Below, one piece after another: positions 1 to 12,787 of a stretch of DNA of 64,000 bases (its first letter is position 1; the number at the start of each line of letters is the position of its first letter). Below the pieces are notes generated by a model. The model searched no databases. It was given only the letters and a program-made list of their open reading frames with translations, and was not told the origin of the DNA. The DNA comes from Camelus dromedarius. Taxonomy: Eukaryota. The translations under genes were made by a program, and so were the position numbers. The stretch lies in contig NC_087472.1 in NCBI RefSeq assembly GCF_036321535.1, forward strand, positions 16,120,001-16,184,000. Reading direction: 5' to 3'.

Positions 1-407
1 TTTAGAGCCTCTTTGTGCTTGGTAAGATTAGGTGCCATCTCAACCAACTTGGGTTGCCATGGCTCCAGACTGGTTGTAGCGCATGGTGTATTCCTCCCAT
101 CGACCCAGCGTTTCCTGCTAGTTGGAGCTTACAGATAAGTACGGCCAAACTGAAACATCAAGCTAGAACAAGGACAAGAAGACAGAAATCTGTTTATGTT
201 GTATGTACAATATACATATGCAAATATGAATTCTCTGGTGATTCTGTCTCAGTGAAATGTATCTTAGTGCTAGTTAGTTTCAGAAAGGAAAAGATTTACT
301 GCCAGTAGAGTCAGATCTAATAAGAAAAAAATCTTTGATATTTCTTTCTAATGATGCTATAGATTACATGAGCCATATGATAATTTTTTCGAGAGGTGAA
401 TGTTAAG

Positions 408-552
408 AGAAAGAGCACTGGATGAGATGCCAGGAGATTGAGCTGATCTCCAATCTAGTTTTGATATTGACTAGCAGGTGGCTCCTTTGCCAAGCCCCCC
501 AACCCCTCTGGACTTGTTTCTTCATGTGTCAAATAAGGGTGTTGAGCTAGAC
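408..552 (+). mobile_element. Degenerate MIR-family SINE
   Basis: Resembles the MIR core by eye (agagcactgg...gccaagcccc...cctctggacttgtttcttcatgtgtcaaataaggg). Boundaries approximate. Confidence 0.4.
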
Positions 553-3499
553 TGACTCTAATGCTTCTTTGCAACATTAAGACTTTCTGCTCTATTCCAA
601 AAAGAAGTAGGTATTAACAGGCCAGCTAGTGACATGTACCATATATTGCCAGAAAGCAGAAAGCAGGCAGAGGACCTTATCTCAGAGGACAGCACTGGAA
701 CCTGTTTCCTCCTGTTTTTTCCCCCTTTCTCTCCCAGCAACTCATTCCCATTTATGTATTTGATTTTAGCTCAATCATGGACGTGCCAATCTTAGATCCA
801 ATTGCCTAAACAACCGTTGTATGGAGGCTTTTTCGTGTTTCGCAGCTCTTCCCTATTTCCCGGCTAATAACACAGCTATGGGAGCTCTTATCCTGGTACA
901 ACTGAAAGTCTTACTCCCACTTTCCACTTGAAGGCTGATTAGGTGGCTGCCTGGGATACCAGGAGCTGGCTGTTTGTGGCTTTGCAACCTGTTCGCAAGT
1001 GTTGTTTCATTTCCAGCACCGCTTTACTGAAGCAAGTGAAGAAAGGGAAAGTGTGTATGTTCACGGAAAACCAAACCACCCGCAGATCTTTCTGAGCAAG
1101 AACTTATGTGATGCTCCTTCTCTAGAAGCGGGAAGCATAGTAACTACCTCTCTCAAAGATGATTGATAAAACTGGAAACGTCCAGTCAAGAGAAGAACTG
1201 AATAGTGTTTTTGACCATTATTAATGATTGAGATGAGGACTGTGCAGACATACCGAAGAGAATAGAGAAAATACTAGATACATAATACATCCTGTATTAT
1301 GATCAGAGCTGCACATACATTTTATAGTTTGAGTTCACTCAGCTGTGATCTTTTCAAAGCAGAGGCTGAATGGATTATCAGAGGGTACTAAAACAGTATT
1401 TTGTACATAGTAAATGGCATTCCAGTTGTTCTTGAAAGAAAGCCAGTCCTCCAGGGGCAGGCTGCTCCAGGCTGGGTTGGGGGGCTCAGTGTTGATTCCT
1501 GAGATGAGGCACTGAGGTGCATCTGCTGTATGTGTAGAGATGAGAATAAGCCCATTGGTGCTGCCTCGGCCAGAAACCCACATGTGACGCCAGGCCCATA
1601 GATGTTGCATCCATGATAAATATATGAAGGGACCTGTCCAAGGTACAGAATTCAGATAATTAAAATCTGGGATTGATAGCCAAATCAGTGCCATAGGAAT
1701 CCACTTGATCTGTGGATGGAGTGGCATGTTTTATAGGCACCTGGCTGGTTCAGGCATCTATTAGAAAATATTTGTCAAATTGCTTTGACTGAAGGTAAAT
1801 GGAGAAGTGTGTCTGGTTGTGTTAAAATTGTGCATTTGGGGGCATTTTTGCAATCATCAGAATATTTGTTAAGGGCTTACCAGCTTCCTCCCTTCATGGA
1901 GAGATGGGAGGGGCTGGGGGATACATATGGAAGCACTGGAGTTAGGAAGAAACATCCTCCCTCCTAACCGTGGAGAAGGAGAGGAAAGAAAAAAAATTCC
2001 AATGCTTCCTTAAAATAAATTGGCCATGTCTCTTTCAATTCAGAGTGTTTGGCATGTTCAATAAAGCACTTCAGAGTAGTAGAATAATTGGGATTTATGG
2101 GAAAAGGGGCAATGGAGGAGAAGATGATAAGAACGTAAGAATTTAAGTTTCAAAAACGTCCAAGGGCAAGAAATAGAAGGTGATGGCCAGGGACTGGAGA
2201 GAGGTCGAAGATACTTTCAAAGACTGGTAAAATGCTCTGATTGCCTTCAACATCAGAAATGGCTCAGCTTCTAAAATAACAAACTTGCTGGGTTACGGAG
2301 AGCAGAGACTGGCAGTTCATGGGCTCTAGCTGCTTGCAGCCATCCTTTATTAGGTAGCGTGAAATAAATTTCAGCACTGCCAGAAAATGGAAAACTACTG
2401 TGCAGTTAAGATTGAGGCAAATCTATATCTAAAGTTACCAGAAAATGTTTAAGGAATAGCAAAGGAAAAAAGGAAGTCATAGAACAGCCAGTATAGTCTG
2501 ATACCATTTTAATAAAAAACCATTAAATGTGTAGAAAATAGTCTGGAAAGAATACAGCAAAGTAATACAGAAGTCATTTCTGGGAGGCTTTTAATTTCTA
2601 CTTTCTCCATTTTGTGATAACGTGGTTTTGTATAAGTATTGTGAAATCATGTTAGTATATTTGGAAATCTTTTGGGCTATATTGAAGATCCTGAATATTT
2701 GAAAGTATTGAAAAATTCCAAACTTTGCAAAAATTTTAAAATATTGAAGACAAGCTATAAAACAGTTTTTACAATCTGGTCTAAGTAAAGAATCACTTTG
2801 TGGGAGGGAATATAAATTATAAATTGTAAAGTGTTCAAATATAATACATTTCTCAACTTTGGATATATGTCCCTGATGATCTCAATTTATACGTGGAGAC
2901 ATTTATATCGGTCACTTTGATTTAAATTGAAGGCTTTACTTTTTACCTGAAGTTTTTCCTATTCTCTGTGGTGAGAGTTTGCAGCAGCATGAAATGTAAA
3001 ATTTGGGAAGTTGGCATACACTATTTACTCCATGTAAAGAATTTGGGCACCATGCATACAACCTGCAATGAAGTTTATCGAAAGATGTTAGAAAATTGTC
3101 ATTCATTTTTTGTGCTTCCTTATTTCATTTTTTTTTTTGGCAAGGAAGAGGATATTAACATGGTTCCTAGAATTTATGCTACTGAGGGATATAGAAATCT
3201 CTAGATCTTGGGCTCTTATTCTAGAATGATATACAATACATGCAGTTGTTTGTATTTGTGAATTTTTCTGGGTTGAAGTTCTGAAAATGTATATCTGGCT
3301 GTCAAGGAATACAAGACCCAAAGCTCTGTTTGCCTCTTAAATGTAAGCAGAGATCCTACATCTAAAGTGGGCAGTGTGCTTGTTACAGTGCTGTGTGTTG
3401 GTCCTCTGTTTACTTGGATGTTCCTTCTTGGAGGAGGTAATTTTCTTCTTTGTCAGACCCACTGTGTGGTTGGGCTGCCAGTGGGGGGCACCCTGATAT

Positions 3500-4800
3500 C
3501 TCTGCACCCCTAAGCCAATTCAGGGTTCCTGTGTCAGTAGTTAAATAGAAAGAATTATAAGTGGGATCCCCATGATTTTGATATGCAATTTGTTGTTTCC
3601 AGCCACTCTTATCTACTGATCAACTACTTGAGTTTTACCTCAAGCCCTGCTTTGGCTGATGAGATGACTTTGGGGTGATCTCATGGGTGACTACTGGACA
3701 GGAATTGTTGTATTTGTTCATTTTATTGGCTTACGAACTAATTCAAACATCACTGAAGCCCTTAGTGGACCGTAGGATGACTTCAGTGGGGGTAATTTGA
3801 TCGCTTCCCTTGCACGTGACCTATACAGGTGTGTGTGACATATACCGGCAAGTTGAATGATCGCCTTTAGATGACTGACTCTGGATTTGGGTTTGTGCTC
3901 TCAGCCCATTGTGCTTACTCCAATGTCACAGTATAAGAATTGCTGACTGCTACCAGGCAGGCCACCTAATATTTTGGATTTGGGTTGGGTTTCTGAGCTT
4001 CTCTTGCTATTTCTTCACATTCATATTCATTTTGTGTCAACTTACTGCTTCTTATTAACTGGAAATGTTGATAGGACTTGTACTGCTTCAGCCAACTTGA
4101 CCAAAGGCTAGCCGTGGTCTGATGCCAGTGAGAGTCATTGATTTGCTCAATCACCCCATCAGTGAGATGCAGCAGCTTTACGGGATGCTGGAAATGCTCA
4201 CTGTAGACCCCACCCTAGTCTCAGCCCGGGGACTACGGGCTGTGCGGTCAGGCCGCAGAGCTACAGGATGTCAGGAACCAGGCACCTGTGCTTCTCCTCT
4301 AGGATCCAGAATAGATGGATTTGGGAACATGGGGTTAGAGGTAAGAATTAAATCTCCCATGATTCCAGATGAATGGTCCCCCTCCAATGTTTTTAGATTA
4401 TACAACTCAAGGGGAAGAATGTTTCACTGGTGGAGATGGGAAGTGCCATTTACAGCTTCTCCATAATTGTTTAGCCTTGATTCCTCAGTTTCTCTGTAAT
4501 ATTTTGTGTTGGTGGTGTTTAAGGTTAATCTTTAGTTCACAGCTTTCTGAATCTTAAAGAATCACAGCAGTTCTACAGAAGCCATGAACTTCCCCCTAAA
4601 GACTTCAACTCAGAGTGGTCCCATGACACCAGTCCTTGGGGTGCTGTGCCTTTGGATTTGGCTTTGGTTTGGACACGGGGTTGTTTTCATTGTTTCTAAT
4701 GTATACACCTGTGCTTGTACAAACAATCTTGGGATTTTTACATATGGGGAGATGTCAAAGTATGTATGTACTGAATCTGCATCCTACATGGTGGAAGGCA
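3500..4800 (+). mobile_element. Ancient ERVL-class internal (integrase) relic
   Basis: gactgactctggatttgggtttgtg (~3870-3900) translates DSGFGF, resembling the ERVL integrase motif (I)DTYSGYGFAF. Surrounding frames are broken by stops. Extent is poorly defined. Confidence 0.35.
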
Positions 4801-5129
4801 GTGTTTCAGGCTGATCAGTCTCTCAGGCAGGTCCTTTTTCTCTGAGATCTTCCCGCAGCCTTCTGTATTCTGTGTCACTGAGTCCTTGGCCGTAGCTACC
4901 TTGTTTGATTATTTGTCAGCTTCCCCTAGTTGAACCAATCTCAGCGTTTGTCCTGTTAATTTTGGAATTTGGAACTAGACCACAAGACTGAATGATAGCC
5001 TGCTAAGTCTCATTAACGCTCTTTTATCACAGAGAGCACTATTTAGCAGACCTACTGTTGAGTTCTCCTGAGCTACCCTTGGTTCTGTGCCTGTGAAGCA
5101 TGTTTGTTGCTTTGTGGGTTTTTTTGTAT

Positions 5130-6290
5130 TTTATAAAATACTTCTGTTTCCCCAGTGATTTGTTGTTGTGGTGGTTGTAAAGCTCTCCTTGTAGATTTTT
5201 ATTATTCACAATGAATACAAGTGTGATCAAGGAAGCTTGAGGTCTGCCAAGTACATCATCCAATGTTCCAGGCCAGAGCGCTGAGTTATATAAACCAATG
5301 CATTGAGGACAGAGATTTGGTGGCACAGTGTGGGGTCTCCAGGCCAGGACTGAAGTTATCTCCTTTATTAAAGTTAAAAAAGTTAGTAGGTTATCTAATA
5401 TCTTCCTATGAGAAGTGGTCCTTTTGATCACTTCATGGAGGCCACAAATAAACATTTGGGGATTGTGGGGTGGAAAGGGCAATTTCTGCCCGCTCTAGGG
5501 GAATGGCAGACCTACAGAGCACAGCAGGACATCAGTCCAGAATTCATGAGAACATGACCTGGCAGCAAGGGGCACACAGTTAACATCTGGTCAAGCCTGT
5601 GGTCAAATGTCGGTCCCTTGAGTCTGCAGTGTTTATTGTTACACTGCACTACCACATTTCATAAAGTCATAGTAGGGGCAGAATCCAAGTGAAAGGTTAT
5701 TTTTGGCATTGTTTGTTCCTAAAAATTCAATACTCTTTCTACTACTTGTATAAAATTTCCAGTTAACTAAAATTGCATGTTCTCTGTACAGCTTACCGTG
5801 GTTTAAATGTTCATCAAATACCTTATCCTTGTGGTCATGAAAAGGAGAGCAAGACTGTGGTGGTGTGTTCTGACCGAAGATGTGCCCGCTGGGTGAGTGG
5901 GCTCGGGTCTCTCCCTGGGATCTCATGAAGCTGTTGGGCTGCAGGTGTCAGGAACTCAGATCTTGCCACCCAGCCTAGAGGGCCTCCTGCCTGAGGGCTC
6001 CCCCCGCATCTGGAGGTCAGAGAAGCCCTCCTGCTCTCCCGCTGCAGCTGGCATTGACTTCTTTCTGTCACTAGTACTACCCACTCCCTTGTTAAAGAAC
6101 CAGATGCCCTTCAGGCTCTGAGCTCCTTGCACTCAGCTATGCAGATCCATGCCGACAGCCAGGTGAGATTTGGGGGTTACCCCTCACGTGTACTCTTAAC
6201 GTAGGAGCAGCAAGTATTAAGTAACTAATCAGCGGGTAGGCTGTGTGTTTTCCATGAGAACTGGGAGTTTGGGCTCTGGGGAAGTCCTGA
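5130..6290 (+). repeat. Segmental duplication, copy A (paralog of ~20840-22170)
   Basis: Colinear direct matches to copy B: 5190-5227 vs 20898-20934; 5332-5430 vs 21052-21150; 5849-6026 vs 21678-21855 (173/178 identical); ggtgagatttggggg vs ggtgacatttggggg downstream. Confidence 0.85.
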
Positions 6291-7750
6291 GGGCTGTGTG
6301 AGTAATTTCTTCCATTTTTTGAGGGCTTTGGATGGGCCAGGCTGTGTGTATCCCTCTCATAACCATTGTTGTGGGGATAAATGTGCTGATGAAAGGAAGT
6401 GTGTTTCAAGCACTGGACACTCTGACACTCAGAGTTAGGGATCTTGGTGCACAGGCACGTGGATGGAGCTGTATCCATGATGCCCAGCCCACGTGTGCAC
6501 ATAGAGAGCTTCGTTATTCCAGTGGTCAAGGGTCTAAGGCTCAGGCCTCTCCACACACCTCAGGGGGTCCCTTCCCCCTTCTGCTCTCTCCCTTTTCCTT
6601 GAAAGTGGCATCAACTTGGAGATGAGCTGGCAGGACTCAGGCAGCCTGTAGGAAGGAGGGACGGCCAGGGGCCCGCCCACTCTGAGGTCCTTTTCTGCTT
6701 TTTTCTCTGATTCCTTCCCCAACCCCAGGGAGGCCAAGACCTGAAAGGCATGGAGCTCCTTTCTGCCAAGACTTTGGGAGAGACTGATGATCACCCCCTG
6801 ACGTTCCCGATGGTCCTCCAGGCACTGCAGGGATGTTGGTGAGGCCCCGAGCAAGGGCAGACTCAGGCTGGGAGGGCTGTGCTTGTCCAGGAAGCCCCCA
6901 GGGCAAAAGTCTCCTCCAGACACAGGGAGACGGACAGCAGGGCTGGTCCTCTCTGCCTTCCTCCTTCCTTCCCATTCTTTTTCTCTGTCTATCTATCACT
7001 CTGTCTCTGTGTCCATCTGTCTGTTTCCCATGGACACAGAGTGTGCTTCAGGCCTGGTCTCCAGCCAGAGAGGCACAGACGTGAAGGTCTGGTCCCTACT
7101 GTGAGGGCTCTGAGTTTCTCTACTAATCCAGTCAAGTAGTCTGGGTCAGTGTTGGGCCACCATGGCTCTTCCAAATGAAGGTCTACTCTTGGTGACTGTC
7201 CCAAGTCCCAGAACAAGACCCAAGACCGTTCCCAGGCCCTGGCCCAGCCCTGTGGTGGGACAGCACGGAGCCCTCCTCATGAGGGGAAGGAGGAGGGGCA
7301 ACTCTGACACTAACCATCCACAGGTAGGCCGAACTGCACCGTCCTACGCCAGACTGCCCTCCCTCCAGGAAGCAGGCACCCGTCACAGGTTCCCAGGGAC
7401 ACCCTCACACTGACCGGCCGACAGATGGGCCAAGGTCTTGACCAGGCAGTCGACAGAGGAAAGTTACAGATGCCCAGTGAGCATTCCAGGTCATTTGCAT
7501 GCAATGTTCTTCAAACCCATTCAGACAAAGGAAACTACAACACTAGTTTTCCTGAGAAGATTTACAGTGAAGGCTGACAACTCTAATATTCAGAATACAG
7601 GAAAACAGGCACTTTGATTCCATTCATGAGTGGGTGAAGAATGGTAGAAGTCTTTGGTAGGAGGTTTGTAAATATTGTATAAATGAAGAATGGGAATGAC
7701 CCTTTTTGACATAATGCATTCACAATATTAAGCAAACGCTTTAGGAACCA

Positions 7751-7907
7751 GGGGTCGGGTACAGCTCAGTGGTGGGGTGCACGCTAGGCATGTGCTAGGC
7801 GTGCACAAGGTCTCGGGTTCAGTCCCTGGTCCCTCCACTACAAAAACAAAAGGTTTAAAAATAAGTTAATTTATTTATTAAATGAAATTTTAAAACCATT
7901 TGGAGTG

Positions 7908-7950
<43 letters not shown>

Positions 7951-7952
7951 AA
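7751..7952 (+). mobile_element. Camelid tRNA-derived SINE with (TAAA)11 tail
   Basis: tRNA-like head gggtacagctcagtggt...gggttcagtccc (A and B boxes), homologous to the copies at 42 and 44.7 kb, with an ~11-bp internal duplication. (TAAA)11 at 7908-7951. Confidence 0.85.
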
Positions 7953-8220
7953 CTATTTCTCTATTTTTGGGAAAAAAATTATGAAGTACATTTGCGAGGT
8001 ATTAGCTTTTCTCTAGTAGATCTTAAAATTTAAAGAGAGTTCTGAGCATCCCATTTTGATAAGGTCCTGAAGAAGTGGATGTTCTCTCAGATGTTTTTTA
8101 GGCAACTGACAAAAATAGCTTTGCATTTCAGGCTGAGATCTCTGTCTACACTCTGAGTGCGGAGACAGCATGTAGCTCACCAGATAAGAGTTGGGTGTGT
8201 GAGGCCAATTTGCTAGCATT

Positions 8221-8378
8221 TGAATCCTGGCTTTGGTACCACCTAGCCACACGGCTTCAGAAAACGTACAGAATGTCTCTGAATCTCTCTTTCCTCATCT
8301 GTAAAACAGGGGCAGCAGTATCTACCTTCAAAGGGTCTGACGAGGATTAAATGAGTTAATATTCGCAAAACACTTCCA
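8221..8378 (+). mobile_element. MIR SINE
   Basis: MIR core tttcctcatctgtaaaacagggg...gaggattaaatgagttaata. Confidence 0.8.
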
Positions 8379-9049
8379 CTGGGATCTGAAATACACTGAA
8401 CTGTGGGTTCAGCTTTATTATTATGACCATGACCTTGGGAGAATCACTTTATCACACTCAGCGAACACCTCCTTGAGCGCGGGGTCTTGGCCCTGCATTG
8501 TTGTGCGGAACATTTGCTGTCACTCACTGAACTCCTGCTCAGTGCTAGGTGTCTGGCTCTGCCCTGTTCACTGTTGACTCTGCTCCTACAACAGGCCTGC
8601 CAGGGGTTTCCCAGGAGTCTCGTTTCACACACTTGCTTAAGGGCATAAGGCTGAGAAGTGGGGGAATGTAGATTTTAACTCCAAAGGCCACGTTCTTTGC
8701 AGTTGATTATTCACAGTACAGGAATGGGAAAAGGAAGACAATGAAAGGTTATCTAAGGCTTGTGTAATGCTTTTGTGCTGCTGAAACAGAGATTTAGTTG
8801 AACGAAGGTTCGCTAGAGCTTTCTACCAGGTCTGTCTTGTGGGCAGCGGTTCCTGGAGACCCCAAACTTAATGCGGGCTGCAGCTGGGAGGTAGTCTGTT
8901 CTCACCGATACAGCTCTAAGTTCTGGTGTGGCACTCTTCAGGATTTGAGATCAGTTAGGGAACAAGAAGCGTATGACACATCAGACTTTTCTTCCCAATT
9001 CCTCCTGCTGCGACTATCACTTAACTGAATTTTGTTCCAATGGATTACA

Positions 9050-9248
9050 TTTTTTGATTTTTAAAATATGTTTTTATTGAAGTATAGTCAGTTTACCATG
9101 TTGTGTCAATGTCTGGGGTATAGCACAATACTTCAGTCATATAGGAACATACATATATTCGTTTTCATATTTTCTTTCACCATAAGTTACTACAAGATAT
9201 TGGATGCAGTTCCGTACGCTACACAGTATAAACTTGTTGTTTGTCTGT
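9050..9248 (-). mobile_element. L1 3'-end fragment (camelid/artiodactyl type)
   Basis: T-rich tail followed by attgaagtatagtcagtttaccatgttgtgtcaat..., homologous to the other L1 3' ends in the window. Confidence 0.8.
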
Positions 9249-10049
9249 TGCAATAAATTATATCTATTCTTGTCACAACTCTCAGATTTTTAAAGGGTAG
9301 TAAAAATAGTTACAAGTTTCTGGAAGACATTTCAACAATGAATATCAAAGTATTAGAATTGTCTAACACTTTTTGTCCCAGAGGATCCACTTCCAGAAGT
9401 TTGTACTGTGGATGGAAAACATGCCCCAGCATGCTGACCGTGCCAGGAACACACTTCACGGGGAAGCAAGTTCAGCAACGAGTCTGTGGCCCTGAAATTC
9501 ACCAGTCTCCCCGTGGGCCCAGCACTGAAAGCAGCTGGCATGATGCTCTAGAAGGATACGGGAGGAGAGGGACCAAGAGTGGGTTCTGAGGGCCACTGGG
9601 AGGCAAGGAGACAGGAAGTGCTAAGGAGATGAGAATATATGGAGGAGGGGACAGAGCCAGAGGTCTGTTACTGGGTCCTGACTCTACAGCCAGTGGTGAA
9701 TTGTCTAGTGAGGTCTTTGGACTGTTGATGCATTAGGAACTTTCCTTCTTCTGACCAGAATGACATCTCTGAGCAAACAGGTAAATGAGCCACAGAGATG
9801 CCTTCAGATGTAGAAGGGGCAGGTGATGAGACCACCGGCACCAGGGTTCCGTAATCATCCTGGCACTGCAGAGACACAAAGAATCAAGCCATGACCTGCT
9901 GCATCTTACCTTCTGTACCCCGGACTCCTTCCTTCCGTCTCCCTTCTTGCTGTCGATCGGTAAGCACGCCCGCAAACTCTGAGCCTTCCTTGGGGTTCTG
10001 CTGGCCCTCTTCTCAGCCCATTCTGTATCCTGTATCAGGAGATCCCAGC

Positions 10050-10480
10050 CACTGCAGGACTCCCACATCAAACCTCCTGCAAGGACACCCAGCTCTGGGT
10101 CTCTTCTTCTCTCACTTTCAGACCTCATTTTCACTGAACTACTATTCATCTTTATTTCCAATCTTATCGACACCTCAGACTTCTGGCAACGTGCACTGTT
10201 CATCTTTCCTTCTTTCTCCCCCCAAGCTGTTCTGCCCTTGTGTCTCTTCTCACTTGATGGCACCACCATCCAAACAGGCAATGGCACCATCAAACTTGCA
10301 GTAGCCCCTGACTCTCTGAGCGCCCGTTCTTCACCTAGCGGCCACTGCACGTACGCTCCTTGCCACCTCACCCATGTTTTTCACTCAGTCTTCGGAGCTC
10401 CAGCATTCATTACCACCCTCCTGGATTCCAGCAACACCTTCTTATGACTAAATAGCCTCCCTTTCCCTGATGACCCTCTG
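10050..10480 (+). mobile_element. L2 fragment
   Basis: ctcacttgatggcaccaccatcca resembles L2 consensus ctcagtaaatggcaccaccatcca. Boundaries approximate. Confidence 0.4.
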
Positions 10481-12224
10481 CTCTGTTCTGCTCCGCACAC
10501 TGACACCCAAATGATAGGCCTGAAAAGCGCATGGCATGTCTGAAGTCTACCAACCCAGGGTTCCTTGCTTTGGGCCTCGTGTCCCCTCATCTTTGGCCAC
10601 TTACATCGTCACCTCTCTTCTCCAGTCAAGTCAGAGTATGCATTCTCCCGATTCGGCCACAGCCGTGATCTTGAACACTTCCGCTCCTGTGCTCTTCCCG
10701 ATCCTTTAAACCGCCTCCTCTCTCCCCGGGGGGGGGGGGGGCGGGGGCCACAGCAGCTCTCCTGAGACCCGCATTTCAGCCTGCTGCATGCTTTCCTGAC
10801 AGACTGGCCTGGGGTAGTCAACCAAATCTTCAGGACCGCTTGCCAGTTCCTCTGTCAGAGCATCGCCCTCACTGTGCTTTCTGGCAAAACCAGTGAGTGG
10901 ACAGGAGAGTTTACGGAATCCGCAAGGGGAAGTATTTCTGGGGAATCTCCCAGTGAAAAGTACTATTTCAGGATCTCCTTGTGTGCTTATTGAATCTTCG
11001 TATGTGTTGTGCTGTATACTGAGCTAGGTTGCACCAGGAAAAAATAAACTAGTCAGCTGATGAATTGGAAACTAGCGGCAAACGTTTGAGAATGAGACAT
11101 AGACCCAAATAAGTTGTGCAAGACTTCATCCATCCATGAGCAGAGATGTTAGCATAGAGGACAGTAACAAAGTGTGGAATAAAGAATTGGCAAACTGGAC
11201 AATGTGTTGTAAGACGTGGATTATGTGATATGAATGGTCAGCAGGAAAGGAATTCGAGAAAGCAAATTAGTGTCAACTGGGACAGCATGGGGACGTCTCC
11301 AGAAAGGAGGTGACATTTGACCAGACGGACGCATGATGATAATAAGATGTCAGACTTGACTTGAAAGCTTCGTGTGTGCCAGTCCCTAGTGTAAATCCTT
11401 TGCAGTAACTCACTGAGCGTCACGGCAGCCTGGTGACATGGTTCTTACTGGTATCCTCACTCTGCTGATAGGAAACGGAGACACAGAAAGCAATGAAGGA
11501 TATTCAGCTGGTGAGAGGAATAGCTGTGATACGGACCAAGCAGCACACCTCAAGCCCTACGCTTAACCGCTATCCACAGTGCACGGTAGGTAAGGGGTAA
11601 GTGATTATTTTCTGCAGACAGGCCATGGTTGTGGAATGAAGTATGGATGAGTCCAGAATGAGCTGTGACCACTGATCGAGGAGACACTGGTGATCCAAGG
11701 CAGGACCCGTGTGATGTTGGTCATCGTATGCCGGGTATTAAGAGGGTTGAGCACGTATCCATCTGCTGAGGCCAGTCAGAGGGACAAGCTTCAAGGACCT
11801 GGCACATCCTGGGACAGGATTCACATCAAAAGCCCCAGTTTTCCTTCTCTCCCCTCCCCATAGGGACTAAGTTGCCTGATGCGCCACTTCACTGATTGCT
11901 GGACCAGGCCTGCAACAACTCTCCTGCCCTCTGGATCCTCGTCAGAGTCTTATCCCACAACCGCAGCTCTGGAAGAGCTCACCCAGGAGCTATCTCGGAA
12001 CTTGCAAATGAGCAGCCAGACTCTAATGGAGAAGACACCCGTCTGGGCCAATGGCTGTGTCCTTAGCACTGCCCAATGTCTGGCTGCCTGTTTCCACTAT
12101 GTTAGTTTCCTCACCCATAGGTTGGAACTACTTTTAATTTATTTGATTTTGCTCTTTCTTCCAAGTTCTGTTTGAAGACTATGACGCTATCTCTCACAGC
12201 TGCGGCTGACTGTGATGTTTCCCG

Positions 12225-12787
12225 CGTATTAGTCAGAGGTATTCAAACAAATAGAGCCAATAAGAGATGTTTTCTATATACATATGTGTGTGTGAGTGTG
12301 TATATGTATATACACACACATATACATAGACACATACATATATACATATAAAGGAGATTTATCCTGAGGAAATTGGTTCATAGATTTATGGAGGCTACGT
12401 GCCACGATCTCCTGTCTGCAAGCGGTAACGTCAAGAAAGCCAGAGGGGTAATGCAGTCCAAGTCTGAAGGCCTGAGAACCAGGGGCGCCGATGGGGTGAC
12501 TCCCAGTCCGAGAGCAGGAGAGGATGAGGAGAAATGTTCCACCTCAAGCAGTGACACAGGCGGAAAGGGGCCAAATCTTCCTTCCTCTCTCTCTTGTTCT
12601 GTTCAGGCCCTCAGTGGGTTGGATGATGCCTGCCCACCCACACTGGGGAAGGCCCTCTACTTTACTGAGTCACCAATGCAAATGCTAATCTCATCCAGAA
12701 ACAGGCTCACAGATACAACCAGAAATAATGTTTAATCTGGGCATCCCATGACCAGTCAAGTTGACACACAAAAAAACAACCATCACG
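12225..12787 (-). mobile_element. MLT2-family (ERVL) solo LTR
   Basis: Near full-length match to the reverse of MLT2B (gtattagtc...tccaagtctgaaggcctgagaaccagggg...cagtcaagttgacacac...aaccatcac), with the typical internal TA/CA microsatellite. Confidence 0.85.
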
